From positions 31,248,001 through 31,312,000 of the forward strand of contig OZ336880.1 of NCBI GenBank assembly GCA_965287045.1: a DNA stretch of 64,000 nt, read 5' to 3'. The notes beneath the pieces are model-generated. The model ran no database searches and was not told where the DNA came from. It was given only the letters and a program-made list of their open reading frames with translations. Made by a program: the position numbers and the translations under genes. Origin of the DNA: Carcharhinus amblyrhynchos (lineage: Eukaryota). How positions within the stretch are numbered: the first letter of the stretch is position 1; every line of letters begins with the position of its first letter. Shown here one piece after another: positions 12,891 through 24,396 of this stretch.

Positions 12891-13246
12891 CAGATGCATC
12901 AAATTGTTTGGATTGGATGCCAGTAAATATGCAGGACCTGATAATGTACATCCCAAAGTACTTAAGGAAATAGCCCGAGAAATAGTGGATGCATTGGTGG
13001 TCATCTTCCAATGTTCTACAAGCTCTGGATTGGAGGGTAGCTAATGTAACTCCACTATTTAAAAAGAGAGGTAGAGAGAAAACAAGGAATTATAGACCAG
13101 TCAGCCTGTCATCGGTAGTGAGGAAAATTCTAGAGTATGTTATAAAACATTCAGTACCAGAGCACTTGGGAAATAGTGGCAAGATTGGACAGAGTCAGCA
13201 TGGATTTATGAAAGGAAAATCATGCTTGATAAATCTACTGGAATTC

Positions 13247-13639
13247 TGCAAGGAACTACAAAAGATTGTGAATGTAGCTCAATCCACCATGCAAACCAGC
13301 CTCCCATCCATTGACTTTGTCTATATTTCCTGCTGCCTCGACAAAGCAGCCGGCATAATTAAGGACCCCACGCACCCTGGACATTCTCTCTTCCACCACA
13401 TTCTGTTGGGAAAAAGGTACAAAAGTCTGAGGTCATGTACTAACCGACCAAAGAACAGCTTCTTCCCTGCGCTGTCAGACTTTTGAATGGACTTACCTTG
13501 CATTAAGTTGATCATTCTCTACGCTCTAGTTATGACTGTAACATTACATTCTGCACACTCTCATTTCCTTCTCTATGAACAGTATGCTTTGTCTGTATAG
13601 TGTGCAAGAAACAATACTTTTCACTATGTTAATACATGT
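13247..13639 (+). mobile_element. Rex1/Babar LINE 3' end
   Basis: IIKDPTHPGHSLFH..GKRYKSLRS.TNR.KNSFFP is the typical Rex1 ORF2 C-terminus. Near-identical to 30290-30664 and to the reverse complement of 27530-27781. Confidence 0.8.
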
Positions 13640-13895
13640 AGAAGGGTGAGCTGTGAGGAGGATGCAGAGATGCTTCTGTGTGATAGGGACAAGCTGGATG
13701 AGTGGGCAATTGCATTGCAGATGCAGTATAATGTGAACTTAACAAAAACAGGAAGGCAGATTATTATCTGAATGGCTATACATTGAGAGACGGGAATGTG
13801 CAATGAGACCTGGGTATCTTCGTACACCGGCCACTGAAGGTAAGCATGAAGGTGCAGTAAAGAAAACAAATAGTATTTTGGCCTTCATAGCAAGA

Positions 13896-14175
13896 AACCT
13901 TTAGTGTCACATATAGGCTTCCATTAACACTGAAATGAAATTAATATGAAAATCCCCTCACCACGCTCCAGCACCTGTTCAGATACACTGAAGGAAAATT
14001 TAGCATGGCCAATGCACCTAACCAGTACATCTTTCGGACTGTGGGAAGAAGCCAGAGCACCCGGAGGAAATCCATGCAGAGATGGGAAGAACATGCAGAT
14101 TCCACACAGTGACCCCAGATGAAATCGAACCTGGTCCCTGGCATTGAGGCAGTTGTGCTATCCATTGTGCTGCCC
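13896..14175 (-). mobile_element. tRNA-derived V-SINE variant with a different 3' tail
   Basis: Minus strand B box GGTTCGATTTC and V-domain GGATTTCCTCCGGGTGCTCTGGCTTCTTCCCACAGTCC. The 3' part differs from the HE1-type copies. Confidence 0.75.
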
Positions 14176-16739
14176 AGGACGACTCGAGTACAGGACTTGA
14201 GGTGTCTTACTCCAATCATACGGGGCTTTGGTGGTGTCACACCTGGAATATTGTGGACAGTTTTGGTCTCCTTACCTGAGAAAGGATGATCTTGCTATAG
14301 AGGGAGTGCAGCAAAGTTTTACAAGAATGATTTCCTGGGGTGGCAGAACTGATGTCGGAGGAGGTTTGAGTCGGTTAGTATTCTCTGGACACCAGAAGAA
14401 TGAGAGAGATTCTCAAAGAAACGTAGAAAATTCTAACTGGACTAGACAAGGTAGATGTAGGGAGGATGTTCCTGATGGTGGAGGACTCCAGAACCAGTAG
14501 TCTTGTCCTGGTAAGCCTGTGGAATTCACTACCACAGAAAGAAGTTGAGGCCATGTTTTCAAGAAAGAGTTCGATATAGCTCTTAGGGTGAAAGGGATCA
14601 AAGGATACGGGGGAAAGGTGGGAACAGAACGATTAACCATGAGCATGCTGAATGGCAGAGGAGGCCTGAAGATCCAAACATCTAACACCTCATATTTTCT
14701 CTGTTTGTAAATGGAAAGCTGAATAAGGGGAAAAGTATCAACTTGGTACAAAAAGGCATGAAAAAGAATTCTAGTCACAGTCCGCAGATGAATATACTTC
14801 AGGGGTGTGATTTTTCTGTTTTTTTTTTGTTTTTACAGTGCTCAGCTTAATGCACCCACATTCAATTTCCTGCTGCTCTTCCAATCACAGGCTATTTCTA
14901 TCCCACACTTGCTGCTAGGGAGTTTACTAGTCAGTGAGCCTATAAGCAGCCAATTGCAGAGAAGAGTAGTGGGAAAGTGAGTGTCAGTGTTAGTGTTAGT
15001 GTGAGCACCAGAGCAGCAAGTGAGATACACTACCTGGAATTCTCCTATGCCCTTATTGGCGGGCTCAGTTGAGGAAGGAGGATGTGGTGGGAGGCCCAGA
15101 GATCGGTTTCACACCAACCTGAATTTACAGTGGGATCTTCTGCCGGTGTTCAGAAAACCTGCCAGAGGCATTCCTTAATTGATGCAAATGAAGCTCCCCC
15201 AACCACCACCACCACCATCCACCCACCAACCCCACACTCACCACCACCCCCCTCCATCCCCCCACCCCATCAGATTCTCGAGTATTTGGACTCACTCAAA
15301 TAATATGAGGCTGCCTCTGGAGTTCTGGATATAGGCAACCCAGACACTAGAATACCACAACAGTGGATTTGGAGCGCATCTGCAAGTAGAATTTCTAGAT
15401 TCAGTGCCCTGGAAGGGGCCATCTTCCAGCCTGAATGTTCCTGGAGATTCATCCTTGTTCACAGGAGGTCCATCTTCTCGTCTCGATGCTCCCAGAAATC
15501 TAAGTTCACTTTCAGGCTGTCCATCTTATTTCTTCAATAGTGGATCAGTGATGTTAGGCACCTTTTCAATATGGCACTCGGACACCATGACAAACTGTGT
15601 GCCATCCAGGCCTGTCCCACCAATGAATATGGTGTAAAACACCCAGGTGGATAATTTATGAAGTCAGGGCTGCAAGATTTAGTGTGGTTTCCCACTAGCC
15701 CCTGCAGTGGCAAACACTCCATGTTCCATGACACTTGGTCTCAAAATGGGAGTGTTCTGCCCTGTGTCTGTACACCTACTTTGGTGTTCATTACCGAGAT
15801 TCCTGATGCAATGTAGATGCAGGATTTAATCAAGCCAATGTTGGGATTTACTCCCAGACCGTGGTAAATAAGCAAATATGTTTAAATTAGCTGACAAGGG
15901 AAAAGGGTTTAAAGTATTGTGTACTGACAGTACACCAGACACACAATTGTACAGAAATTTTGTCTGCTTAAAGGGTTGCCATTAAATGTGTTTTGACTTT
16001 GTGGTTCATTTTTTCCAATGAGTAGTTATGATATCTGATTAATCTCAGTTATTTTTGTCTTCAGAAATGTTAGGTATTTCTTCAAATGCTACTGAAATAA
16101 CGCACCAGAAAATCCAATTTCAAAGCAAATATTTAAAATGCTTCCACACCAAGGTCAGATTGGTTCCATGTCCACACCCTCCCCTAACTTCATTCCCTCA
16201 AAGGGTTCATCCAGTTGTGAGGCAAGTATCCTTATATTGACCTTCTTAAAATGGGAAATGGGTGAATTGCCTCCAGAGGCGTAAAGCAGCAGCAGCTCAT
16301 CAGTTTTAAAATGAATGTTGGGGGTGCATTTCAAGTCTGAAATCCAACCTAAAATTTCCATCCCCACAAGTTTTGTTGGATTGACTTTTGGACAGCCACT
16401 GCCTCATTTCCTGCACAATGAAAGATTAACAAATAACATTAAGAGTGAATTCATTTTATTGAGTTTTGCAGAGCTATTTATTTCTGTTGAATAGGCATTG
16501 ATCCTGCATTTGTCCCTTGTGTATCGTGAACTTCTCCATGTTTGTTAATGTAATACACCAAATGCTGTTCTGGTTGAAAGGAGTAGCATAGTGAAAGCAG
16601 CTGCATAGACAACAGGCAAGCTTCACTGGATGACAGAAGACCTGTTTGGAAATGCAACTATCCTTGAAATGTCAGTAGTCATCTTTGCTGAAATGGATGT
16701 GGGATTGTTGTCTTCAGAGTACTTATGAAAGGCTACATA

Positions 16740-17180
16740 ATGGCACAGTACTGACCTGACATTGAGTGCCAGGCATGTACTCCTAGCCTACTCCAGAACT
16801 GGCATTGTTGGAGGGCATTTTCTCATGATGACCACTGCTTTGTTGTGGAAGTGTCAGAGATCTCCAAAGCATTGGTGTAGGTATAACTTTTTTAAGGGAG
16901 GGAGTTCCATGATTTTGACCCGGCAACGGTGAACGGTGATACATTTCCAAGTCAGGAGTGTGTGAGACTTAGAAAGGAACTTGCAGGCAGTGGTGTCTTC
17001 CATGTGCCTACTACCCTAGTTTTTCTAGACAATAACGATCACTGGTTTGGAAGAAGCTGTTAATGGAACATTGACAAGTTGCTGCAGCGCATTTTTGTAG
17101 ATGGTATACATTGCTGCCATTATGTGTCATTGTTAGCAAGAGTAAATATTTAAGGTGATAGGTGGATTGTATTGTCCTGT
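16740..17180 (-). mobile_element. Old CR1-clade LINE 3' fragment (same family as 43448-44590)
   Basis: Reverse-complement similarity to ~44230-44530. Confidence 0.55.
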
Positions 17181-17189
17181 AAACCTTCC

Positions 17190-17620
17190 AGTATGTGCGG
17201 GCATGGTGAAGTTCAACAGAATGAGACCAGAGTTCAAAGGACTAAATTATGAGCACAGGTTTGCATAAAATTGACATGTATTCCTTTGCATTCATGAGAT
17301 TACCAAGGTGTTTAAAATGATTTCCAATGATTTTGGTAGGGGAAATACGGAGAAACAATTTCCCCTCATGAAGAATTGAAAATAAATGTTCATGATTTAA
17401 TATCAGAATTAAGTCATTTCAGAACAAAATGAGGAGGCACAGGAGTAATTGAAATCTAAGCCCCCAGAAAAGCTGCGGTTGCAGGGCCAACTGAAGTTTT
17501 AAAGACTGAAATAAATGGTCTTTTGTTGGGGTAAGGGTGTAAGTAGATATGAAGTTGACTTAATGGACATCTAATGGACTCAAGGGGTTGAATTACCTAC
17601 TCCTCCATTCCTGTGTTTTA
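17190..17620 (+). mobile_element. Old CR1 3' fragment
   Basis: Degenerate RFTRMIP..YEERL-type coding sequence and a CR1 3' end (aggggttgaattacctactcct..cctgtgtt). Similar decayed pieces at ~24440-24670 and ~25340-25715. Confidence 0.55.
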
Positions 17621-18199
17621 AGAAATTTTGAACAATGTGCTTTCCTTAGTCTGTGAAGAGGAAAAAACAGCATTACTGGACAAAGTGACTGAAATTTACT
17701 TCTTTATGCTGCTGTTAAGGCATTTTTCTCCCAAAGTATGAGCATTGCTCATGAATTAATGGCCTTTTTGTTGTTTTGTAGCAGGTAAATATCCTTTAAG
17801 CTACCTAGGAAATATTAAAATGTTATTAATGCAGATATAGTCAAATTTATAAAATTATTGAATGATGCAGCACAGAAGGAGGACATTCAGCCCATCATGC
17901 CTGTCCTGGCCCTTTGATAGCATTATCCAAGTAGTCCAATCCTCTGCTCTTTTCCTTTAGACCTAGTTACTTTTTATCCTTCCTATTAGCAAAATAGTTT
18001 TCTTAAGTCGCATGCATTTCAAGAGCATTCAATCCATTTTTGTTTTAAAGTTGAAGGAAAATATATTTAACTATGAAATGGTTTAGCTTTTGTAGAGATT
18101 GAAATTCAACTGAGTGGTATTTATTGCACATTGCTTAATGCAGTTGTGTAAGTTACTTCTACACTGAATTGTAGAAAATCTGTTTCAGTAGATTCACCA

Positions 18200-18960
18200 G
18201 AGTAACAACTTGTGCCTTTGGTGTAGTAAAGCACCTTAAGGTGTGTCACAGGAACATAATCAGATAAAAAGTGATAGTCATCGAGACATTTGGACAGGCA
18301 TCCAAAAGTTTGATCATCGAGAAGCAGAGAAGTTGAGATCAGAATTTCCAGAGCTTTAGCAGCCATGCCTCCAGCTCTCTATGCCCTGTGTTGGTGCAAA
18401 GGAAGTGAGTGAGACAAGCACAAAAGATGAGAGTCCTTGAAGATTTGTCGGGTCGAAGGGCTTTACAGGGATGGGAAAGGGAAAGATTTGAATACAATGA
18501 GGCGAATTTTTAAATTGAAGTGTTGCTGAATCAGAGCCAGTATAGATCAGTGAACACTGGAATGATTGAGCAGGGTCTGATATGAATTAGATTCTGTCAG
18601 CAGTGTTTTGAGTGAGTTTATGAAAGTAGGAGGCCAGCCAAGGAAGCAATGGACTACACTGGATGCAATAAAAGCATAAAGGTAGGTTTCAGCAGAGCTG
18701 GTAAGAGGTGGGGTTGGAAGTAGGTGACCTTTGTATCGGAGAGACCATAAAGTTGGAAGCTCAGTTCAGAGTCAAACAAAGCACAAGTTATGAATGGTCT
18801 GGTTGAGTCTCAGTGACCAATGTGGAGGATGGGTTGGTAGTTGGGAATGGAGGTTGTAGCAAGCTCCAGAGGCACTGGCTTTAACCTTCCCAAAGTCGAT
18901 TTGAAGGAGATTTCTGCTCATCCATAATGAATGCTGAGCAACAGTCATAAACACAGCAAA
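18200..18960 (-). mobile_element. Old L2 LINE 3' fragment
   Basis: Reverse-complement similarity to the L2-like sequence at 57677-58590 and 21740-22200. Confidence 0.5.
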
Positions 18961-19329
18961 AGAAGTGGAATCGACAGAGGGGGCGCCGCACAAAAATGCT
19001 ATTGATAAAGCTTATTTTCTGTTAGGGACAATACTTTGTTTATTATAACTGGCTTCCAAGTACTTCATATGCTGTGAAGGATTCTGGAATTTACTGAAAT
19101 TGTTAAAGATGCTATATAAATATAAATTCTGCCTTTCTATGTTACAGGAGCATGGTTTCACTTAATGCATGCTTTCCATGTGGTCCTACATTTTGTACTA
19201 ATTCCCACCACAAATTTCACCAATGTATAATACACATCTTGTCATCTTCTAATAGTGAAACTACTATTTGCTAATAAGTTTCTTTCTAAAGTCACAATTT
19301 TTGCTTTTCTGTGACATGCTCTTTGTACA

Positions 19330-19680
19330 GTGTCAATCTGACTGATACAGACCCCTCAAGACCTCAGTTTGATCTGCAGTCTATGCTAAGTGAGCTAACC
19401 TCATTCAGGGAGTTGGTAGGGATAGTGTTGATGAGTTAGATAAAAGGAGATGGAGATGGAGAGGGGGCACGGTGAATAAATCTTGAATGGTTCTGTTCCT
19501 GTTTTTCATCTGTACCCCTGTACAGAACTGGCTTGTTCAGATTTTGGTTGAGGCTTTCCATGGTTAAATAGCTTGCTGACATTCACAGTCCAGGCTTATG
19601 AGTAATGGGCATTTATATGGGCTACTTGTGAAACTATACTTGAGTGCAGTTGTACGCCTTCTGGAAGTGAGTGGGAAAAA
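19330..19680 (+). mobile_element. Ancient SINE-like repeat (diverged copy on the minus strand at ~35170-35520)
   Basis: Shared motifs with the reverse complement of 35170-35520 (e.g. gagctaacctc/gttgatcc, aatagcttgctgaca/aataggctgtcaa). Family not confidently named. Confidence 0.4.
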
Positions 19681-19682
19681 TG

Positions 19683-19964
19683 AACATAAGAACATAACAT
19701 AAGAACATAAGAAGTAGGAGCAGGAGTAGGCCATCTAGCCCTTCGAGCCTACCCCGCCATTCAATAAGATCATGGCTGATCTGAAGTGGCTCAGTTCCAC
19801 TTTCCCGCTTTCTCCCCATAACCCTTAATTCCCTTGTCTACCAAAAACCTATCTACCCGCGTCTTAAATATATTTAGCGAGGTAGCTTCCACCACTTCAA
19901 CGGGCAGAGAATTCCAGAGATTCACCACCCTTTGAGTGAAGAAGTTCCTCCTCAACTCCGTTCT
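19683..19964 (-). mobile_element. Young CR1 3' end, 5'-truncated
   Basis: FRTELRRNFFTQRVVNLWNSLP..KGIKGYG, (CTTATGTT)n-type tail, TSD AAAAATG at 19676-82 and 19965-71. Almost identical to 33693-33965 and 55935-56199. Confidence 0.92.
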
Positions 19965-21739
19965 AAAAATGGAGAAAGGACAATGTGAAAATAATTGATG
20001 ATAAGTCATACTTCCTATATCTAACATTGCTTGTTATCATCTTGCTGGGTATATATCCAGCACAATTTCTTCCCATATAGGTTTAAATGCTAACTTCAGA
20101 TTATCTGATGATTCCACATCACATTTTAATAATCATCTTAACACTTTGTAAAAACACCAGCTTTTGGCTTTGAGTACAGTCCAAGACACTTGAAACAATT
20201 AACTATCTGCAATATTTTTGTGAAAAGATATAAATACAAAAGGCTGCTGCTAACCAGAGTACAGTATTGTAACCAGTTTCAATGATCCTGCTGTATACCT
20301 ACAGAATACTGTAAATCATTTTAATGAGGATGGTTATTTGAGGTGGGAAAAAACTGCCTAAAGGAAAAAGATAGAAGCATCGCTGTTATTGTGACACTGG
20401 AGTCATGAAACTTTACATGGTAGAAAAGGACATTAAATATTTATAATCTAGATTTCTTTTCTACTCCTCATTCCATTTATAGCAGCTTTATCAATAGCAG
20501 GCTAAACAATTTTCAGTCATTTCTGCTTGGGTGACTCGGTGTAAAACAGAGACATGCACAGCTCTGTTCTGCCAACATTGATATACTTTCTGTGGCGCAG
20601 ATTAATAAAATTAGGATTTGGTGGATTTACATTGAAAAATAAAGAACTGCCTTGTACATTTAATTAAAATAATCTCATCAGTATAAATTGCTATTGTAAA
20701 GTTTTGCCTGGGGGAGCTGTTGATAACCTTTTCCATCAGACTGTCTGCAGATCTATGCAAGAGCAGCTTTGTAGCACTTCCATGGGGAATGCTGCATTGA
20801 AAGAAAACCATCAGAATTTTCTGGATAAATTTAGTCACCAAATGCTGCGTGTCACTGTGAGCATGAAGTTTTTTTTTAAAAGACTAACTGTAATATATTT
20901 CTTACTAAAAGAACTGCGAGTCGTAAATCAGAAAAGTCAACTGCATTGATCATCTCTTATTTTAATTAAAAGCATAATTTGTAATTTCACACAGGATTGG
21001 AAAAGTTGTGCAGCCACTACGACAGCACAATGACTTGTTGACTGGAACCATTTCAAAGAGAATTATAAGCTTGTTTGTGACCGATCTAACCTTTGTCCAT
21101 GAATTATTTTGACTGCTTCATGAAACAAAATATTTTGTTTTTTTCTATTTTTGGGTGGAGGAGCTGGGGAAGAACCACTTCTGATTTACGGTGTGACTTA
21201 AGAATATGTCCCTTAAGAAAAACATCAACATTTTCTACTGACCTTTTAAAGGCACTGACTTTCGAGGCTTTAAGGCATGATAAGAACATGAATCCTCTTT
21301 CTGTGCTGGTAATGTTTACCAGTTCGTCAAGGAAAGTAAGTGGTTTGCAGCTGTTGTATGCAGGCTGTGTATTGTTGGCACAAAACAGTCAAACACAAAA
21401 GAAGCATAGACACTTAGAACAAAGACTAAAACAGTAATCAGCGCAGAGTGTCAAAATCATTACAGTGTGCATCTGTAATGCACATCATTTCCTGTTTCTG
21501 TGCAACTGTATTAAGGGATTGTTTATTATATGCCTATAGTTAGCCCTATGCATGTACACTACATCTATTTATATTTCAACATTAATTTCTGACTTCTGTC
21601 ATCTGTTTGATAACACACTGAGAAAAGCAATTACAGAATTAATTATAACCAGGAATAGATTATTCAGAATAATCTATAATATAATTGAACTTTTACACCT
21701 TCCTCAATCCATATCTATATTGAAGCTGATAGTTACTCT

Positions 21740-22200
21740 ATGTCCAAAGCTTGCCATAGCCTCACCTCTTCCCTGATTCTGTAGCATCCTCCAAGATCTC
21801 TGTTCTTTTAGTTCTAGATCCTTGTGCATCCTTAGCTTCATGAGTCTCTCCATTGGTAGATGCACCTTCACCATTAGGCAACTATACCTGTCTTGTCACC
21901 TCTCTCCACCTTCCTCTCTCTTTCCTGTCCTGCTCTCCCTTTCTTTCTCCTGTTACACTTCTGCCCTGCCTGTCTTGCACCCTTCCCTCCACTCCTGCCC
22001 CCAATCTCTCCCCACTTTGTCTTGTTCCTTTACTCCACTCCACACTGTCTTGTCCTCTCTCTTCCTCCTAACCCCATCTTCCCTCCCACCCCAGTCTTTA
22101 AGATTGTTCATCTCTTCTAATGTCCTTTCTCTGTCTGATTACATTTTTGTGGAGCACCTTGGGATGTTTTACAGTTAAAGATGCTGAAATTACACAGGTT
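21740..22200 (+). mobile_element. L2 LINE 3' end with a pyrimidine-rich low-complexity insert
   Basis: ccattggtagatgcaccttca..gtggagcaccttgggatgttttacagttaaagatgctg, an L2/DeuSINE-type 3' tail. Confidence 0.5.
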
Positions 22201-22213
22201 TTGTTAAGATAAA

Positions 22214-24396
22214 GGGCCCGTTCTTACCATCGGGCGCGGAACCTTGGTAAAGTCGGATGTGAGGCAAATAGTGCAATCCGCACCCACCTCCACACCAGTT
22301 TCCCCTTTTACCAAGGCCTGAAAATGGCTGCGATCAGGATCATGCCCGAAACAGTCACACGGTCATTTAAATATGCGAAACAGACGTGCTCCATAAAACT
22401 CTGACTCCGACACTCCATCAGTGAGGGTTAATGAGGAGGTAAGTACCTAGTGCCCGATGGTTCTGTGCTGCTTACGGGGTCCTTTTGTTGTGGCCATTTT
22501 GTTTCTTGGGTCAGGGGAGGTTCTGTGTGTGTGAGGGGGTGGAGGGCTGTTGCTCAACAGGATGTCCGATTTGCAACATGGACCCGGGTCTCAGCATTGA
22601 CCTTGGGTCTATTTGGGTGCTGCTGGGTCCTACTGCACTCAGCACCCTGCCAGCTGAGGGGCGTGCAAATTGCACTACTGCAGCCTCTAGACTTTTAAAG
22701 GAGCTACAATTCTGGGGAGCATGTGGATGGGGAAATGGGGGGTCCACTGCCACTCTGCCTGTGATCAGTGGGGAGGAAGGGGAGGGCCCACTATCACTCT
22801 GGCTAAGATCAGTGGGAGGTCAAGGGGGCCTGCTGCCACTATACTTGAAATCAGTGGGAGGAAGGGGCCATGATCGGCCTGGGTTTGGGGGCGTATAAGA
22901 GGGTCAGTAATGTTGTGGGAGTTGGGCAATGTCTGTGGGGGCCAGGGGCAGGCATTATCAGGCCCAGGAGGGATGTGGCAGGAGAGCAGCTGTCCATCAT
23001 TTTTTAATGTATGTGCATTTGTAACCTCTGATCAGAACTGCAGGATTTCAGGCATGTTAAGCCCCACTCAGGCTTGTGCAGCGCAATTTTGAATCGCTGA
23101 TATTTTTTCAGGCAAAGTGTGTATGGGGGCGCCTCAATGGCCTAAAAGTCAGATCTGAAACTCTCCCAGGGCCCGATTTTACCATTACATTCGAAACCGG
23201 GCGCAAAAACTTGGTACAGTCAGGCGTGATACCATTAACGCAACCTGCACCCACGCCCGGGCAGATGCCCACTTTACCAAGGCCCAAAAACAGCCACAAT
23301 TCGAACCGCGCATTTAGATTGAATTAATGGGCTGCCCGCCCAACTTTACCAGCATTTCCCGCTTTACCATTGCATTCGCCCATCCAGATACGACGCGAAA
23401 CAGGCATGTCCGACAAAGGTCTCTTTCAGGCACTCCAGCTTCTGAAGAGATCAGTTCAGAGCATCCAACAGCTCTGACTTAGATCGGTGGTGGAGGAGGG
23501 AGGGAGGTGGACCAGATCATTCTCAGGCAGAGGAAATGTATCTCTGGTTGGGGGGAATCATTCTCTGGTGGGAGGAGGGTTGGGGAGGGAGGAGGGAGGC
23601 CAGATAACTCTGGTTGGGGTGGGGGAGAGGTGAAAGATCATTCTTTGGCGAGGGGGGAGGAAGGGAGAAGCCAGATCATTCTCTGGTGAGTTGGGGGGGT
23701 GGTGGTGGTGGTGGTGAGGAGGGAGGCCAGATGGATCTCTGGTGGAGGGGAGGGATGGGGGAGGCCGATCATTCTCTGACGGGATGGAGGCCTGATCATT
23801 CTCTGGTGGCATGGGTGGGGAGAGGCAGGTAAGATGTCACTCTGGGCTGCCCCCCCCCCCCCCAACCCCAATCAATCTGTCCCAGATGGGCAGGGGTGGA
23901 GGGAGGCCAGTTGGATCTCTGGTTGTGGGGTGTGGGGTGTAGGGGGTGTCCGCTGCCGTTCTGCAGGCGATCGGTGGGGGAAAGGGAGCAAACGGTCACG
24001 ATTGGTCTGGGTGGATAAGGGGGACAGTTATGTTGTGGGGTGGGGTGATGTCTGTCATCGCTCCTGCTTTTCACTCCTGGCCGCTTTATCTGCTTTTTGC
24101 GCTCTGGAAGCGATGGGATGGGGCATGTTTTTCACATTTTTTTTTCTCATTGCACATGTACTGTTGAAGACTCTGATCAGAGCTGCAGTGTTTCAGGCGT
24201 GATGAGCCATTCTCACAGCACAATGCAGACTCGCGATTTTTTTTCAGGCTAAGTGCGTATGGAGGCACCTGGGAACAGTTTACCAAGTTGGATCTGAATT
24301 GCACCCAGATTCAGCACTTCGAATCAAAATGGCAAAATCGGGCTCCCAGTTTCAAATTCGCCTAGTACTTAGAATCAAAGTGGTAAAATAGGGCCC
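22214..24396. mobile_element. Harbinger-type MITE (outer)
   Basis: TIRs GGGCCCGTTCTTACCAT (22214) and GTGGTAAAATAGGGCCC (ending 24396). Non-coding, GC-rich interior. Confidence 0.75.
23169..24345. mobile_element. Harbinger-type MITE (inner, nested in the related outer MITE)
   Basis: TIRs GGGCCCGATTTTACCAT and ATGGCAAAATCGGGCTC. 3-bp TSD CCA at 23166-68 and 24346-48. Subterminal regions resemble the outer element. Confidence 0.8.

Larger units (their letters stand above)
12900..14705 (+). mobile_element. CR1 LINE ORF2/3' fragment with nested Rex1 and SINE insertions
   Basis: GPDNVHPKVLKE..DWRVANVTPLFKK..NYRPVSL..SQHGFMKGKSCL (CR1 RT N-part), then HLEYCGQFWSPYLRKD, and a CR1 3'UTR ending near 14700. 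Confidence 0.9.

Noticed and set aside
15817-15843. agATGCAGGAT as the TMEFF DAGSGSG microexon
   Set aside because: Translates DAGFNQANV, has no pyrimidine tract and no GT donor after 27 nt.
20704-20949. 81-aa ORF in unique sequence as an exon
   Set aside because: No similarity to tomoregulin or any domain I recognise, and no convincing splice pair.
23480-23930. Repeat-spacer pattern as CRISPR
   Set aside because: Repeats are degenerate, spacers are low-complexity G-runs of variable length, and it lies inside a MITE.
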